Assembly (NCBI GenBank): GCA_964106915.2
Contig: OZ066916.1
Direction: 5' to 3' (one strand)
Length of the DNA stretch: 64,000 bases
From: Podarcis gaigeae
Lineage: Eukaryota
The position numbers were made by a program, and so were the translations under genes. Positions 36,437-50,210 of this stretch are shown one piece after another. Position 1 is the first letter of the stretch, and each line of letters begins with the position of its first letter. The notes under the pieces were generated by a model. The model saw only the letters and a list, made by a program, of their open reading frames with translations, did no database searches and was not told the DNA's origin.

Positions 36437-38040
36437 CTAAAGCAGGAAATGGTGACACAGTAAACAAAATGATTACTGGCATTTCGTTCCAGCAGGCGTT
36501 CTAAATGAATTCTGATGTTATAGTTTTAACACATTTTTAGTCTTATTGTCTTCTGTACACTGCTTAGAGGCTACTGTCATTGAGTTATACAAATTGTCAA
36601 AATAAATAAATAAATAAATCTAAAGCCTGTTACAAAAGCCATTAGTATTACTTTGGTCTTCACAAATATGATATATAAAGAGTGACCTTTTATTGGACCA
36701 ACTCCTATCAGTGTGGGTGTTTTCAAGCTGTAGCGTTGAACAGAATGGAAAGGTAAGTTTGCATCCCAGGCAGAGCAGGGCTATTTAAAGATAATTAAAG
36801 AAATTTGCAGAGCGCCTACTGTGGAAAAGAAGGCGGAAAGGAAATCTAATGCAAACAGCTGGAATGAACGCCCACTGCAAATCACAGACATTAAAGCAAT
36901 ACCAGTTGGCTTAGCCTTTATAGGAGCAGGGGTGGGGAAATGGCAGATCAAGCAAGGTTGAATCTAGGTATAAGGAAACAAATAGCATTGAGGGCAGCCA
37001 CAAATCCAAACGCTGCTGCCTTTAGCTAGAATCTCCTTCAGTGAAGCCCAGACTACATTTGCACTTTAAACCTGGAGGGCAGACCAAGGTAATACAAGTC
37101 TAACTACAGGGACACTACCTTCCAGTACAGTATCTCCTTGTACTGACAAGAGTTAGGATAGCACAGCCGTTATTTTCCAATTAGACCATTGCAGCAGGCT
37201 GGATAATCCCCTGCTTTAGGACAGGCATGGCCATTCATAGACTAGGCTGCTGAGAGCAAATAGGATGAGCTCTATGTATAGCAGTTTCTCTCTCAGCCTG
37301 AATAATGTATATTTAAAATATACATGGCTATGCTCAACCCGTAAGATCACTGAAGAGTGATATTGCTGCATCACACAGAGATAGAAAAAAAGATTGTACA
37401 ATAAAATGCAGGCAGTCTAGGGTGCTTCCCAACGGAACAGCAACTACATTATGAAGTAGGAACAGTCACTTAGTTTTTATTTCTCAAGATATGCTTGTTT
37501 AAATTCTACCAAAGAATTACGTTGAGGTGGTGATTATTTGCGAGAATTGTGGATTGTGACTTTTATATGGGTACTGTTTTATTCTGGATAATTGTCTTTA
37601 TTTGTAGTTGTTAGTAATTATGTTTTGTATTATGGCCTCTGGCCGAGATAATAAAACTGATTGAAACATATTCACTGAATCCTGATGCGATTATACGTAA
37701 CTCTTCTCAAACTGATTTTGCTCCTCTTCTTTAAGCTGCTAAACTTCCAAAATATTAACACTAAACAAAGTTAGCACTTCTTTTTCTTTTTGAATTCTGG
37801 AGTCAGTCTCTATCCTTACGAGTAAGTTTATCAAGAACACATCCTCAATAAAAAGCATATCAGAGCATGGTACAGCAATCCCATGCTAATCTTTTATTGT
37901 TTCCCCAATACTCTACCTTAGCATAATACATAATTTACAACCAGCAAGCTACAAGCAACTTAAGGAATCCCAAGGAAAACATTCTGCTTCAGATAAAAAC
38001 TATATTCACATATTAATGTGCAAAAGAAAATTCAAACCAC

Positions 38041-38159
38041 CTTCTGACAGCTCCGATCAATGGGATCAACTGGTGTTGATCTGGGATGAGTTACTCGGAC
38101 ATCATCTCTTCCACACTCTAGAACACCCCACAATTCGGTAACAAGTGCTTTTATAAATC
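38041..38159 (-). CDS. TBC1D32: TBC1D32 coding exon 20 (119 nt; [10 protein letters not shown]...[24 protein letters not shown])
   Basis: tcctag| acceptor, AAG|GTGGTT donor. Confidence 0.96.
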
Positions 38160-39121
38160 CTAGGAAGAGAGTATTTTATTCACAAGGACTCTGTCATATT
38201 TTATAGCAGAGGTCCTAGCAAACGTTATTGGACACGAACCACACTGAGAACACTTTCCATAAGAGTTAAGCTGATAATGCTACCACAGCTCTTCACTAAT
38301 GAAACTATCCTCTTTCATAACATGCACAATTTCTAACATGGTGTCTTAATCTGTACTGTTTCACACCATAATAGGAACAGTTGGTGCAGCCACCTCCACA
38401 TTTCAGGTGGGAGCTCTGTTTGGTTCCACATGGACTTTGCTCTGGAACACTCAGGGCCTCAGTGGGTGGAATTCCATGTAGCACTGGGGTGTGCACATGG
38501 AAAACAAGGCCCGCTCATGCAATGGGACTTTCCCACCTCTCCAACCCCAAAGCCCTCTAAACCTGTTCTGAGGGTTTCCCCAAACCTCCAGGGCAGGATT
38601 AGGAAGCCCCGTTGAAGCCCTAATCCCATGCACACAGCAATTTAGTTGAATCCCACGTCATGATCTGACATTACATGACCAAGCATGGCAGCATCTTTGG
38701 GCTTGCATGCTCCTCTACCTCCTTCCCTTGTGAAAAAATTATCCCTCATTTCCTTGTTTGATGCAAATCATGGCTTCTGGAAAACCATGGCCTGCCTTTT
38801 ATCCAGACAAGCAAAGGAGGGAGGCATTTGCAAAGTGGAGGATGGAGAAGAAACCAAGTCTCAAATATATAGTGCAAAACCATGGTTTGCCATTCTGTCT
38901 GAACTGTCCCATACAGAAGCACAAAGACAGGATGATAGAATAAAATAAATTATTTGCTCTGATGCTTGCTGACAAAAGTCAAAGCTATAGACACAATTCT
39001 AACCATGTCAATAGGAGTTAAGTCCTACTGAATTCAATGGTGCTTGCTCTCCGGGAATTGGGATTAGGATTGCAGCCTTAATTACCAAGATTTATTCATG
39101 ATGATCTATACAAAAAGTTAC

Positions 39122-39209
39122 CTGAACTCTGTAGAGCTACAGCACCTGCAGCTGTTGCAGCTACTTGCGATACAATTGCTCCATAGCCAAACTTTTCAAA
39201 TCCACAGAC
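39122..39209 (-). CDS. TBC1D32: TBC1D32 coding exon 19 (88 nt; VCGFEKFGYGAIVSQVAATAAGAVALQSS)
   Basis: tgctag| acceptor, CAG|GTAACT donor. Confidence 0.95.
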
Positions 39210-39506
39210 CTAGCACAAACAAATTATAACAAACCATAAATTTCAAGGGCTCAAACACCTTAGCTATACAGGAGGATCATAGCTTATACAAGATAAGAAT
39301 AATGGTGCTTTTTATATATTGTTTGTTTTGTAACAAACAATTAATTCCATAATCAAATGTATCATTAACTAGCATTACCTAATTAACATTCTGATGCTAT
39401 TATACCGCTTTAACAGAGAAAGGTTATGGCATAGGAAATAAAGACTGCTCAGGCAAACTAAGTGATGAAAATATTGTTTCATGTATGTGTGTATGATTAT
39501 ACCTAC

Positions 39507-39645
39507 TTGGAGGTTTTTTGTGAACCTGTTGAACATGAAAGTCACACACTCGTTTACTGTTCCTGTATTCTGCAGCAGCAAAAGCCCTTTAGGTGTAGCT
39601 GCAAAATTTAGTAAGTCATCCAACAACGTCTCTTCCAGTACAATA
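39507..39645 (-). CDS. TBC1D32: TBC1D32 coding exon 18 (139 nt; [25 protein letters not shown]...KNLQ)
   Basis: ttccag| acceptor, CAA|GTAGGT donor (frame-preserving). Confidence 0.94.
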
Positions 39646-41630
39646 CTGGAAAAAAGCAAACAGATAAAAACTAAATTAAAGTACCCACAAACAAACAACA
39701 ATAACAACAACCAAGTAACCTCTCCCCCAATGAATAAAGGGATTCTTTTAGTAATGATTTGCATAAAAGGCTCATTTGTTATAGCAAAGACATAGACTGG
39801 TCTACCAGTATATAATTTCTGTTAGAAAAAATGTTTCCATTCAATATTGCTTACACTACTCAATTCACCATCTGGGTGCAATTAATTCATTTAGGAAAGC
39901 AGCTGTATATCTGTGCTTGTTCTACCTACGTGACAGCTGTCTCCCCCTGAAGGCCTAAAGCCCTTCTCTTGGATCTAATAGGTTTGTCTGTTAACTCTTC
40001 TGACACATTTCCCTCCAACAATGGTACCCTTTCACCATATACAAAAGAGGCTGAGAGCAAAGCAAGAGTTTAACTCTATTACTCTTTTGATTACTTGCTT
40101 AAGTTTCTGCTACCTGACAAAGAGAGAAACAAAATAGGTAGTAAGGCAGCAAGCCATAATGGTGATAATGCCAACTCAGTGAATTGCACATACAAGCAAA
40201 CCCTTCCCTCAGCAGGCAAGGATCCACAAGTTGCACCTATTGTTACTGACCATAGGATGGTGCTAGGTGTGCTCACGGTACCCAATCCCTAGTTCTTAAG
40301 TTGCTTTCCAGATCATATATATGCATGCTTACCTACTGAGAGTTCAACAGAATTTACTCCTAAGCATGCATATAATTGCATTCTAAGGTCCAGTGCCAAT
40401 GTAATGTGAACCTGCTACAAACTCAGGTCTGCCAATTTGGCAGCCTGAAGAATACCAACTCCCTTCCCACCCCCTTGCTTTCCTTTGTTTGCCTTAATTA
40501 CATTTTAATGTCATTTATTGCTGCATTCAGATGATCGAATCTTAAGTAACCTGCAGGCAGGCTGCCTCTTTGCTCCCCTTTCATGTGAACATAGAAGCAA
40601 GCCAGGAAGCAATAGTTAACCATAACTTCCATTACTTTCCCATTACTTTCAGTAATTAATGGATTCCAAATGAGCCAAAACCTAAAGCTTACTTATACTT
40701 GCTTTTCAGAACCTGGCTTCCTTAAAAGCCATTAACCAAACTTCCTGATTCTGATGTAACATGAAGCTCTGTTTAACTACAGCTTCTCAGCTTGTTCGTT
40801 TACTTCTGCAAAGGAGCAACATGTGGATACACGAAGCTTGTGAATATCTTCACTCGTTAAGCTGTGGTTCGATTATCTGAACGTGGCCAGTTACATAAAT
40901 GCATACCTTATCCTTCACTATTACAAATCATGTAAAACAATTAAACACAAAAATCACATACAAGGCAACAGAAACAATGGAACAGTAAAATCATAGAAGT
41001 CATATGCCTAACCTGAAATTGTGGGGGTACATTGAGAAGGGCACCTGAAGATGATCTTGGCGTACAAAAAATCTGTGGGAGAAGGCAGTCCTAATATTAC
41101 ACTTGCTCCAACACTAACCCTAGTTAACGCTAACCAGGTTCTTTCTTAATACAGTTTTTAGCAAATCTATGTGATATTCTGGTAAGTCTAGCTAACACTA
41201 CTCATGATTAGCATTTGTACAGATGTAACAGAAAAGTGTTATTAAGAGTGACAAGGAGAGAGAAACAGGTGATATCTGTGTTGGAGTGGGATGCGGCCCT
41301 GGAATGCCTGTTCCCAAGACTGGTTTTTAGTAGGCAAACCATAGTTTGCAGCAAACAAGCCTTGCACCAGCAATGGATCTACTATTAACCCAAACTTTGT
41401 TCACCACTCTGAAAGGACTGGAAAGAAGAAAACACTAGAGCAATATAATCATCCAATGAGAAGAGAACACACACAGACCCGCCTAAGAATACCCATCTTT
41501 AAAACTGAATTCTTCAATGAATTCTTCACTTATAGAAAGTGAAATCAGAACTATAGAGTATCTCTAATATTGATATAGGTATCCAAAAGCTACCTATATT
41601 CAGTGAGACACACACATTTTGAGGCTAATA

Positions 41631-43208
41631 ATGGGAAAAAGAATGTGTACCCTCTTTGAATTCTGTGGTTTTACATATAGAGACATAACAACAATCATCT
41701 GTTCCTTAGCAGGTCTTAAAATTAGGTAAATACAACCTCAGATGAACAATAACAAATGACATATTACACCATGTCAAGATTTATTTAACAGAAGTAAAGC
41801 CAAAATGGAGAAAACGTGTGAAAAACTAAGTACACCATTTTTCCATCCACAGGAATTAAGAGGCCAAGTAGCAGACAGATGCTGCTAATCAAATGCACTT
41901 GCTTGCTTAATTGATCATCAGTAAGTGTGCCCACCTCTATAAAAGCCAAAGTTTTAAGTTTGCTGGTCTGGAGCATTCAGGTATGTTTTAACACAATGCC
42001 AAGGAGGAAATAGGGCACAGTGCTCTTAGAAAAGCAAGTGCTGCTACCCATGAAACTGGGAAGGGTTCTAAGGCCATCTCCAACCAATTTTAAGTCCATC
42101 ATTCTACAGTGAGAAAGCTTATTCAAAAGTGGAAAACATTGAAGTCAGTTGCAGTCTTCCCAGGAGTGGATGCCTTAGCAAATTCATCCCAAGATCAGAC
42201 TGTGCAGTGCTCAAATTGCAAAAACCCCCAGAATTCCATCTCAGGCCCTACAGGCCTCAGCTAGCATGTTAAATGTTAAAGTTCATGACAGCACAATTAG
42301 AAAAAGACAGAACAAATATAGTTTGCTGGGAAGGATTGCCAGGAAAAAGCCTCTTCCCTCTAAAAAGAACATGGCAGAACAGATTAGTTCAGTTGCATCT
42401 TAACAAACCACAAGATTTCAGGAACAATGTCCTTTGGACAGACAAGACCAAAGTGGAGATGTTTTGTCATAATGCACAGCACCATGTTTAGCAAAAACCA
42501 AACACAGCACAAGCACCTCACACCAACTGTCAAGCACGATTTTGGAAGGGTGATGATTTGGGTTTATTTTGCAGCTACAGGACTTGGGAAACTTGTGGCT
42601 ATTGAGTCAACTATGAACTCCTCTGTATACTAAAGTATTCTACAGTCAAATGTGAAGCCATCTGCCTGACAGCTGAAGCCTGGTTGAAATTGGGTCATGC
42701 AACAGGACAAGGATCCCAAGCACACCAGCAAATCTACAACAGAATGGCTGAAAAAGAATAGAATCAATGGCCCAGTCAAAGTCCAGACCTCAGTACAATT
42801 GAAATGCTGTGCGGGACCTTAAGAGAGCTGTGCATCAACAAATGCCAGCAAACCTCAATGAACTGAAGCAACGTTGTAGAGAAGAGTGAGGCAAAATTCC
42901 TCCACAATGATGCGAGAGACTGATTAAGTCCTACAGAAAATGATTACTTCAAGTTATTGCTGCTAAAGGTGGTTCTACAAACAACTGAATCATAAGGTGT
43001 ACTTAGTTTTTCACACATAGCTTCTCCATTTCCGTTTTATTTCTGTTAAATAAATCATGACACAGTGTCATATGCCATTTGCTATTGTTCATCTGAGGCT
43101 GCATTTACATAATTTTAAGTCCTGCTAAGGAACAGATGATTGCTATTATGTCTTCATATGTAAAGCCACAGAATTCAAAGAGGGTGCACTTTCTTTTTCC
43201 CATGACTG
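41631..43208 (+). mobile_element. Decayed Tc1-family DNA transposon with ~210-bp IR/DR termini
   Basis: Left TIR 41631-41836 is the inverse of right TIR 42996-43208 (ends CATGACTG-TA); outer 5 bp of the left end missing; encloses a transposase remnant. Confidence 0.92.
41996..42988 (+). pseudogene. Tc1 DDE transposase pseudogene
   Basis: MPRRK* start; NVLWTDKTKVEMF, PTVKHDFGRVMIW, WVMQQDKDPKHTSKST, WPSQSPDL..IE, AKGGST..*; several stops and frameshifts. Confidence 0.9.
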
Positions 43209-44572
43209 TATGTTTTAGGCATGTTAGGTATTAAATTGTCACATGAAATCTGATATATCAATTACATTTTAATCAAAACTTTAAAAATATCGCTTCAAAA
43301 GCTATTAAACGTGATTTTATATTATACAGTGCTTACTTTTTAAAAATGCATTTATATGCTGCTAGATTTTTCTTCTATGGAATTATCATTGTAAGCAACA
43401 TATTTTTTAAAATAAAGTGATTGCTGTCTTATAGTCTGACAGTAAAATAACTTACTTCATTTTATAAATAGTCAGTGGATGCTGACATTACAAAAAAGAA
43501 AAATGCCTGTTGAAAATGATTTAAACCAATTGTAATTAATATATACCCATAAACTGTGATGTCTTCATTGCCTTGGCCAATACATCTTGCATGGAAAAAT
43601 GACAGCTTATAAAAGCTAAACAGAATTTATAGCCTGTTTCAATTTGCATGTTACATGTCATCATTATGAAAAAATAATATGCCATTCCCATTTCTAGGAA
43701 TATAGACTTGGGGAACAAGTGATTGAAAATAAAAAGTATGAAGCGCTGTATTGACACGTGGAATTCAGAAGTTCTTAAAATGCAGAAACCACATAAATAA
43801 TAATTATCTCTATAATAATAACATTCAGCGGTGAAAGCTGATAGCTACACACACCCAAAGAAGAGGAAAGATGTTCATATTCAGGAGAACTACATGCTAT
43901 GCAGAAGTAGAAAAAGGGGGGCCTAAAAATGGACATATTTGCACCCCAACCACTGAAACTGCATCTCATGTACCATATGCCTGCCTCACCCAGGTCCTTT
44001 TCCAAGTGAGGCTTGCACAACAGATGTCAAAAAGCCACTGTGAAGATTCCTTTCTGAATGTGTTAAGAATCGAAAACAAAGGAGCAAGAAAAGCAGCAAT
44101 AACATTAGTAAACAAAACGGGGATGGGGGCAGATGAAAAAGAGGAAGCAGATGTAGCTGACAGGAAGAGTAAGACTGACGGGAAGAGTAAGAGTAAGACA
44201 GAGGGCTGATGAAGGCAGAAGTGACAACATACTGGACAGCTGAAAAGCAAATGAGAGGGGAGAGATGGAAACCATAGCAGAAAATGGGGAAACTGCAGGA
44301 CAAGTGACAGAGGAAACAGAAATCAAAGAGAAGAAATGGGAGAAACAACAGGGAGTGAGGAAGACAGAGCAAGCAAAGGGAAAGGGAAGCAAGAGGCTGT
44401 GCGAGCCACTAAACTGTATTTTATTTTCCTATGCAGAACTTTGCTGTTGCCTCTCCCTGGTAACAGCAATACAGCTTTATCAGAAAGATTTCCCGTTTTT
44501 AAATGTTACCTAATCCCCGTTGCAGGACTTTTCTCATGTATCTCTAAGCAGGTAACCCAAACTAGTACTTAC

Positions 44573-44655
44573 AAGCTCTGTGATTCTTGACTTGCTGATG
44601 ATACACAATCTGCCCCCGCAACAGGAGTTGGAATTCTCTCCGAAAGCAAACTAGT
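44573..44655 (-). CDS. TBC1D32: TBC1D32 coding exon 17 (83 nt; TSLLSERIPTPVAGADCVSSASQESQS)
   Basis: tgacag| acceptor, TT|GTAAGT donor. Confidence 0.95.
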
Positions 44656-44758
44656 CTGTCAGAAATGAAAAGCAAATTACATAAATAGCAAATCTAAATT
44701 ATGATCGCTAACAACATAGTATGATAATGATATTTGATTAAGAATGAGAAATATCTTA

Positions 44759-45276
44759 AGGGCAGACATATCTGGGGCCTGGGTGGGTGCCTTTCTCCGA
44801 GTGTCTACCACCATTTCGGATCCTAGTAGTAACATTACTGCAGTTATCAGTCAACATTGCTTGGCCATTGTTGGTGGGGGTGCTGCAATGGGTGTGGTAA
44901 TGACAATGCTGTTTCTGCTGTCTGATAAACCCACTTGTGTGCGGGGGGATGGTGGCTGCCTAGTTCCCCAGACCATTATAGTGCCATCACCAGGTATGCC
45001 TGTTAAAGAAACCTGCCAGCTACCTGCTTCCAAGTGGGCTTTACCCAGTTGCAGCAACACTGCAATGCACCAGAGAGCCAAATGGATGTTTGGATCCTTC
45101 ACCACTTACATTAATAATCTAATAATAAATCCTGATACCACTAGATAAACTAGCTTGCAAATGTGCAAGGTGAGAAGCAGCAGCTGCTGCAGCAGCAACC
45201 ACCCGTGTGAAAGTGGGGGCAGCAAGTTGTCACTCTCAGAACCGTTGGGGCATGTGGAACCCCAATATATGCCCCT
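44759..45276. mobile_element. Possible old PIF/Harbinger-like non-autonomous element (~)
   Basis: GC-richer block bounded by aGGGCagacATATcTGGG and CCCAATATATGCCCCT (imperfect TIR); the 134-aa ORF is unrecognisable. Confidence 0.4.
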
Positions 45277-45819
45277 GTATGATGGGCGCTGACCAACCTA
45301 TGGGCATCAAAGTTACTTTGTGAATGTTTCTAATGTCACTCTTGGAACCAACAGCAAAGCATGCAAGAAATGCAGCACTGGACTTTTCATGACTAATGAA
45401 GATTAACAAACAGATCTACTTGCCAACTTTAAAAAAATATTTCAAACTCCCAACATCTATTCAAGCCTATTTCACATATAAATTAGAATGTACACATCTG
45501 TATACGATACTGGCAATATTTCCCACAGCCTGAGAGGACAAGACTTGCCTATTTTTTAACTACTGTGTACACTGTGGGGATCCAAGAGAAATTGCTACTC
45601 CCCCTCCCTCTTTGCTATGCTTGTTACAAAGAGGGCAAAACTAATAATCATCTTTGGGATATTATAACATTAAGGTGCCACTTCCATGATAAAATCTATA
45701 CTACAATACTATTTCAGCATAAAAAGTACCCTTTGGGAACAGATGCACATACAAGCAAACATAAACATCTTTTGCATAACTTCTATACATATACTTTGTA
45801 TAAACAAGGATAGGACTAC

Positions 45820-46021
45820 CTTTTTCCAAGCCTCAGAAATAGATCCATGTAAATGGTAAGGTAGCAACACCTCTAAGCCTTCACAAGTACTATACATCTG
45901 GTGGCATACAAAGATGAAAGCACCTTTGAGCACTGGCAACATCTCAGACCCAGAAAGAACAGAAATGTCTTCATCAAGAAGCTTCTTTGTAAACTGAACG
46001 ATAGTATGTGCACCCCTAAGG
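45820..46021 (-). CDS. TBC1D32: TBC1D32 coding exon 16 (202 nt; [19 protein letters not shown]...SEAWKK)
   Basis: ttgtag|C acceptor, AAG|GTAGTC donor. Confidence 0.95.
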
Positions 46022-47432
46022 CTACAAAGAATGAATCATTTCAAAAAACAATATTTTATTGATTCGGCAGAATTATGATGAAATAAAGCTTTTCAGTTAG
46101 TAATTGAAATGTTAATCCTTCTTCTGCTTATACAATATGCTGAGACTTGGCCTAAAGAAAGACTTACTGCCTATCATCTTCCCATGCAAGATGGAAACAA
46201 ACACGAGCAAAACAAAGTAGGAAGGCTTCTCTCCCCCTTCCACAGAGATCACCTATAAAACTGCTTTATTCTTAGTGAAGCTACACATCCACCATGTTTT
46301 TGAGCAGCATGCTTAGGACATGGTATGACTGTTTCTTAACAAATAAGCAACAGCAAGACCCAATCCATATTGAAACCATATTGTTGGAAGATGCTGTATA
46401 ACTCTCTACACCACCACCTTCCCACCCAATTCATTTGGATTGTGGTCATAATGCAGATTATGACCCTTTGCCATAGCTGCTCTTTGTTAAGAAAGTGATA
46501 TTGCATTTGCAAGTTTTTCCTTTTTACATTTTTTTAAAGAACTCCATTAGTTTTACATATGATTTATATCAACCCACAGGACGTAATCAATGATACCAGG
46601 TGCTAAATAGGTATGATCTCAACTATTTAGAAATGTTTGTGCTCATTTCTAAGACAGAGCAACCTGGCTCAGGGAAGGTGTATGAAGGCATTTATACTGC
46701 TGTGAAAATGGTGATGTATTCTGAGAAGTACACAATTTTCATATCTCCACATTTCCCAGGATAGCAGAAACACATCTTCAATTTAATTGGGAATATGTTT
46801 CTTTATTTCCTCTTACATGCCACCTTCTCCAGAATGCTGTGGAGATGGAAACATTCCACTTCGATTGTTGATTAACCACAGTTTATGATATATGCAAATC
46901 ATAAACTGTAGTTAAGTCTTAGCTACTACTGCGACAAGCCAACCTCATTAATCTAAGGCTTCCCACTGAATTCAGTAAACATTAGTTAATTCTACATTTG
47001 TATGGGTTCAAGCACAATGTTTAATTGCGGTTAGTTTAAAACAGAAATGAAACCTTCTGATATCCTCTTATGGAGAGAAGGTAGGTGAGAGTACACAAGC
47101 CTGAGGTTGGTTGACGTAACAAAAAATCATAGTTTATCATTACAATCAAATGCAGTAATACTTTAAGCCAAGAAACAAAAGCATGACTAATGAGAAATAA
47201 CATGAAAATTACAGTGTACGGACCATTCAGGTATTGCATGCAGACTGTTTTCTACAGGTGTGGGAGCTATCTCCTTAGGTACATTTGCATAAACAACAAA
47301 ACATGCAAGCTGTTCATTTTATAATTCAAATCATGGAAGCTTCTCTCAAGACTTATATACAACTAATTAGATATGACAGACAAGAACTTATTCATAACAC
47401 TGTTTTTGTTCTTTTAAAACACATTCTCTTAC

Positions 47433-47563
47433 CTACCACCCTCCATGGCAGAGGGCTTCTCTCCTCCATAGAGAAGGAGTGAAAGACCATCATCTGCAGC
47501 AGCAATCCTTGCCAAAATATCGGCTATATGTATTAGAGTTGTTTCAGGAGAATTTAGATGCAC
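47433..47563 (-). CDS. TBC1D32: TBC1D32 coding exon 15 (131 nt; VHLNSPETTLIHIADILARIA...AMEGG)
   Basis: gtgcag| acceptor, AG|GTAAGA donor (phase 2). Confidence 0.92.
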
Positions 47564-48372
47564 CTGCACACACATTTTAAAAACTCTGAAAATTAATGTT
47601 TTATAGAGACTTTTGTCTAGAAACCTTGTGTAACTAAAGGCAAATTAATGTAACAAGACTGAGACATTCTTACATTATAATCCAGCTTATGTCAATGGAG
47701 CTTTGATTTTTATTTTTATTTTTAACAATACAGTTGTAAATGATACTGCTGATTTGTATTTAGCTAAAAGTAGCCATGAGGATAAATCTAAATGTTAACT
47801 GACAAACAAGAACAGAAGAATCCCAAGTCCTTTCAAAATGCATTAACATCTATTTCAAATATAAAATAGAAACAGATGGGGCTAACTTCCAAAATAGACC
47901 AGCATGCCAATTCCACATTCCTTCTCCTACTGAAACAAGGATGGAAATCTATGACACTCCAGATGTCAAAAGACTATAATTCTCAACATCCCTTATGATG
48001 GAAGTTGGAATCCAACAACTGGAGGGTTATAGGTTAGCTGCCCTTGACTTACATGAAATGCAGCTTTCTTCATAATCTTCCCTGTCTCCTTTCCCCACAA
48101 ATCCCAAGCTCCATTTTTAACTTTGGCTCTTGTAATTCATTACAGCTTAGCCCAGTCAACAATATGTTTTATTTCACTGTGATGTGCACAGCTGTATTGA
48201 AACAGATACAGACACAATGTCCCCAATGCAATTCTCACTCTTTTGCAATGCACATCTCCATTCACTAGTTATATGCAAGACCACATTGTGCCTGACAATT
48301 AAATGGATCACAGCCATTACATTTTTCTACATTAAGTTTTATTCATGTTTATTTGAAGGAAATACAACCAAC

Positions 48373-48515
48373 CTCTGTTCCATTCAGTAAATAATGTATT
48401 GGCTGAAGAAGTGCTTCTATCACTGTATTAGTATATAGACATTCAGTTGCACATTCTTTTCTCTCACAAAGAATTCCGAGCACATCAGTAATAAGGCCTG
48501 CTGGAGAATAATTGC
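48373..48515 (-). CDS. TBC1D32: TBC1D32 coding exon 14 (143 nt; NYSPAGLITDVL...LLNGTE)
   Basis: tgtcag| acceptor, GAG|GTTGGT donor. Confidence 0.94.
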
Positions 48516-48795
48516 CTGACAAATAAAAAGAGACTTGTTTCAAAATAGTAAAGAACAACAGAGTGAGCAACACAATCAGATAAAGGAAAAGAAACAAGTG
48601 ATATTTCTTCCCTCTTGCCAAGCCCACCACTTCAAATACCCATCAGATGTGAAGAGTCATTCAGTTTTCACTTTGAATATGATGTCATGGTGTCTACAGA
48701 CACAGAAATGATTAAGAAATATGGAAGTGAACAAACCTTTATCCACAAAGAAGAACATTAAAGAATAACAGAGCAAATATAAAGGGCAATGTTAC

Positions 48796-48885
48796 CTGAA
48801 TGCACTGTAAGAGTCTTTGGGCAATTTGGGGCGCAATAGATAAGACGAGTAAACATTACGACAAGGTCTGTCAAGGACATCAAAT
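48796..48885 (-). CDS. TBC1D32: TBC1D32 coding exon 13 (90 nt; LMSLTDLVVMFTRLIYCAPNCPKTLTVHS)
   Basis: ttgtag| acceptor, CAG|GTAACA donor. Confidence 0.93.
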
Positions 48886-50210
48886 CTACAAAAAAGAGAA
48901 TGGGGAAAATAACTTCATGTTACTTATAATTTAATTAGGAACAACAAACGAATACCTGAATACAAATTTAAGTTAAATTGCTGTAGCTTTTCTTCCATTT
49001 CCAACTGCTTCACAGACAGAAACCATTTAATTTAATTTATTACTGGTAGAGCTATTCCACCAATGTCAAATAAACTGTTGGGTTCATGTTTTCCCTCCTG
49101 GAAAATAATGTAATCAAACGTTTTTTGTAACAGCCACAGGCCAAGGAGGACAGATGGAAGAATATTTAGTTAATTGTGTAAGATGATAATGTGTATTTCT
49201 TCATAGCCATAAACCAACCTGCCTTGGAAAAACCATAAGTCAGTGCTGCATGAATAAGTACAAGCAAGCCCCAGGCACTTGTCCTCACCCTCCTCTTCCA
49301 GTACAACAGCAGGAGGTGGAAAATAAGACAATTGCGGGTTAAACAACCTAGAGTTTTGTTGCATCCCACCTAGGGAAACTGATTAATTTAAACTATGCCA
49401 TGTTTGGAGAATCATAAACTGTGATTCGATGCTGTCTTATTGCAACTAACTATAGTTTAAACTAACCAGAGTTCCAGTTCCATTGATATCAGTTCTCTTA
49501 CTGAGCCATGATAACTTCCCCAAAGGAAGCAAAGTATTCCAATGCAATTCTGTCTCGCGTGCCTGTCATTGTCTCCAGCAAAGAACTCAAAAGAAGTATT
49601 CTAATTTCCCCATTTTTCCACAGGTACATGCAATAGATGTGTCCATGCAAATTTGTGAACTGGCACACTAGCAGATCTGGTAACTTCCCTTCACTCCCAA
49701 AGGTTTGGACATAACAATAAACACCAGTTAGTTGAAAACAGAAAACACATGCTTCCTTGAATCCTCCTCAGGAAAGATGGGTTGAAGAGAATAAAAGTGC
49801 ATGAACCGAAGGTTGTTTACACTGCACTAAGCTATGGTCTAGCATTATGTCCAAATCAAGTCACCATGTTAGTTTTGATAAACATCTCAGCTTCGCCACT
49901 GTTACAGAAAACAACAAAGTTTTGTTATAAATAGGTTTTTAAAAATCCAGATAAAAATAGTGAGACAGGAATTTATGTGTAATCCTTCTATATAGAACAG
50001 CATGTGATAATGCACCAGGCACTCCAATAACTGTCCTGCTTACATAATTTACGCCACATAATTTACACCTTGTTGTACAATCTCTTTTGGATACCTATAA
50101 GCCCTCTCCCATAAACATCAGAACCAAAGCTGAAAAGGAATTAGAAAAATGGCCCTAATAGAACACACTGTCATGTTTCTATGCTTCTATGTTCTTTGAC
50201 ACGCACTTAC

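Noticed and set aside
36680-36760. Third Penelope-like remnant (ctttattggaccaac)
   Set aside because: Too short and degenerate; no TSD or hammerhead core.
40520-40890. Family of old imperfect palindromes with AAACCATGGTTT-like cores (also ~1380-1530, ~38860, ~46850, ~49200-49860)
   Set aside because: Probably ancient non-autonomous DNA transposons, but I cannot define ends or TSDs by eye.
44265-44400. HMGN retrogene
   Set aside because: Only a 6-aa echo (AENGET); the diagnostic RRSARLS motif, poly-A and TSD are absent. Kept only as a low-interest compositional note.
47435-47436. Alternative GT donors 4 nt from the chosen ones at exon 15 (47435-47436) and exon 18 (39501-39502)
   Set aside because: They would shift the frame; the chosen donors keep phase with the next exons.
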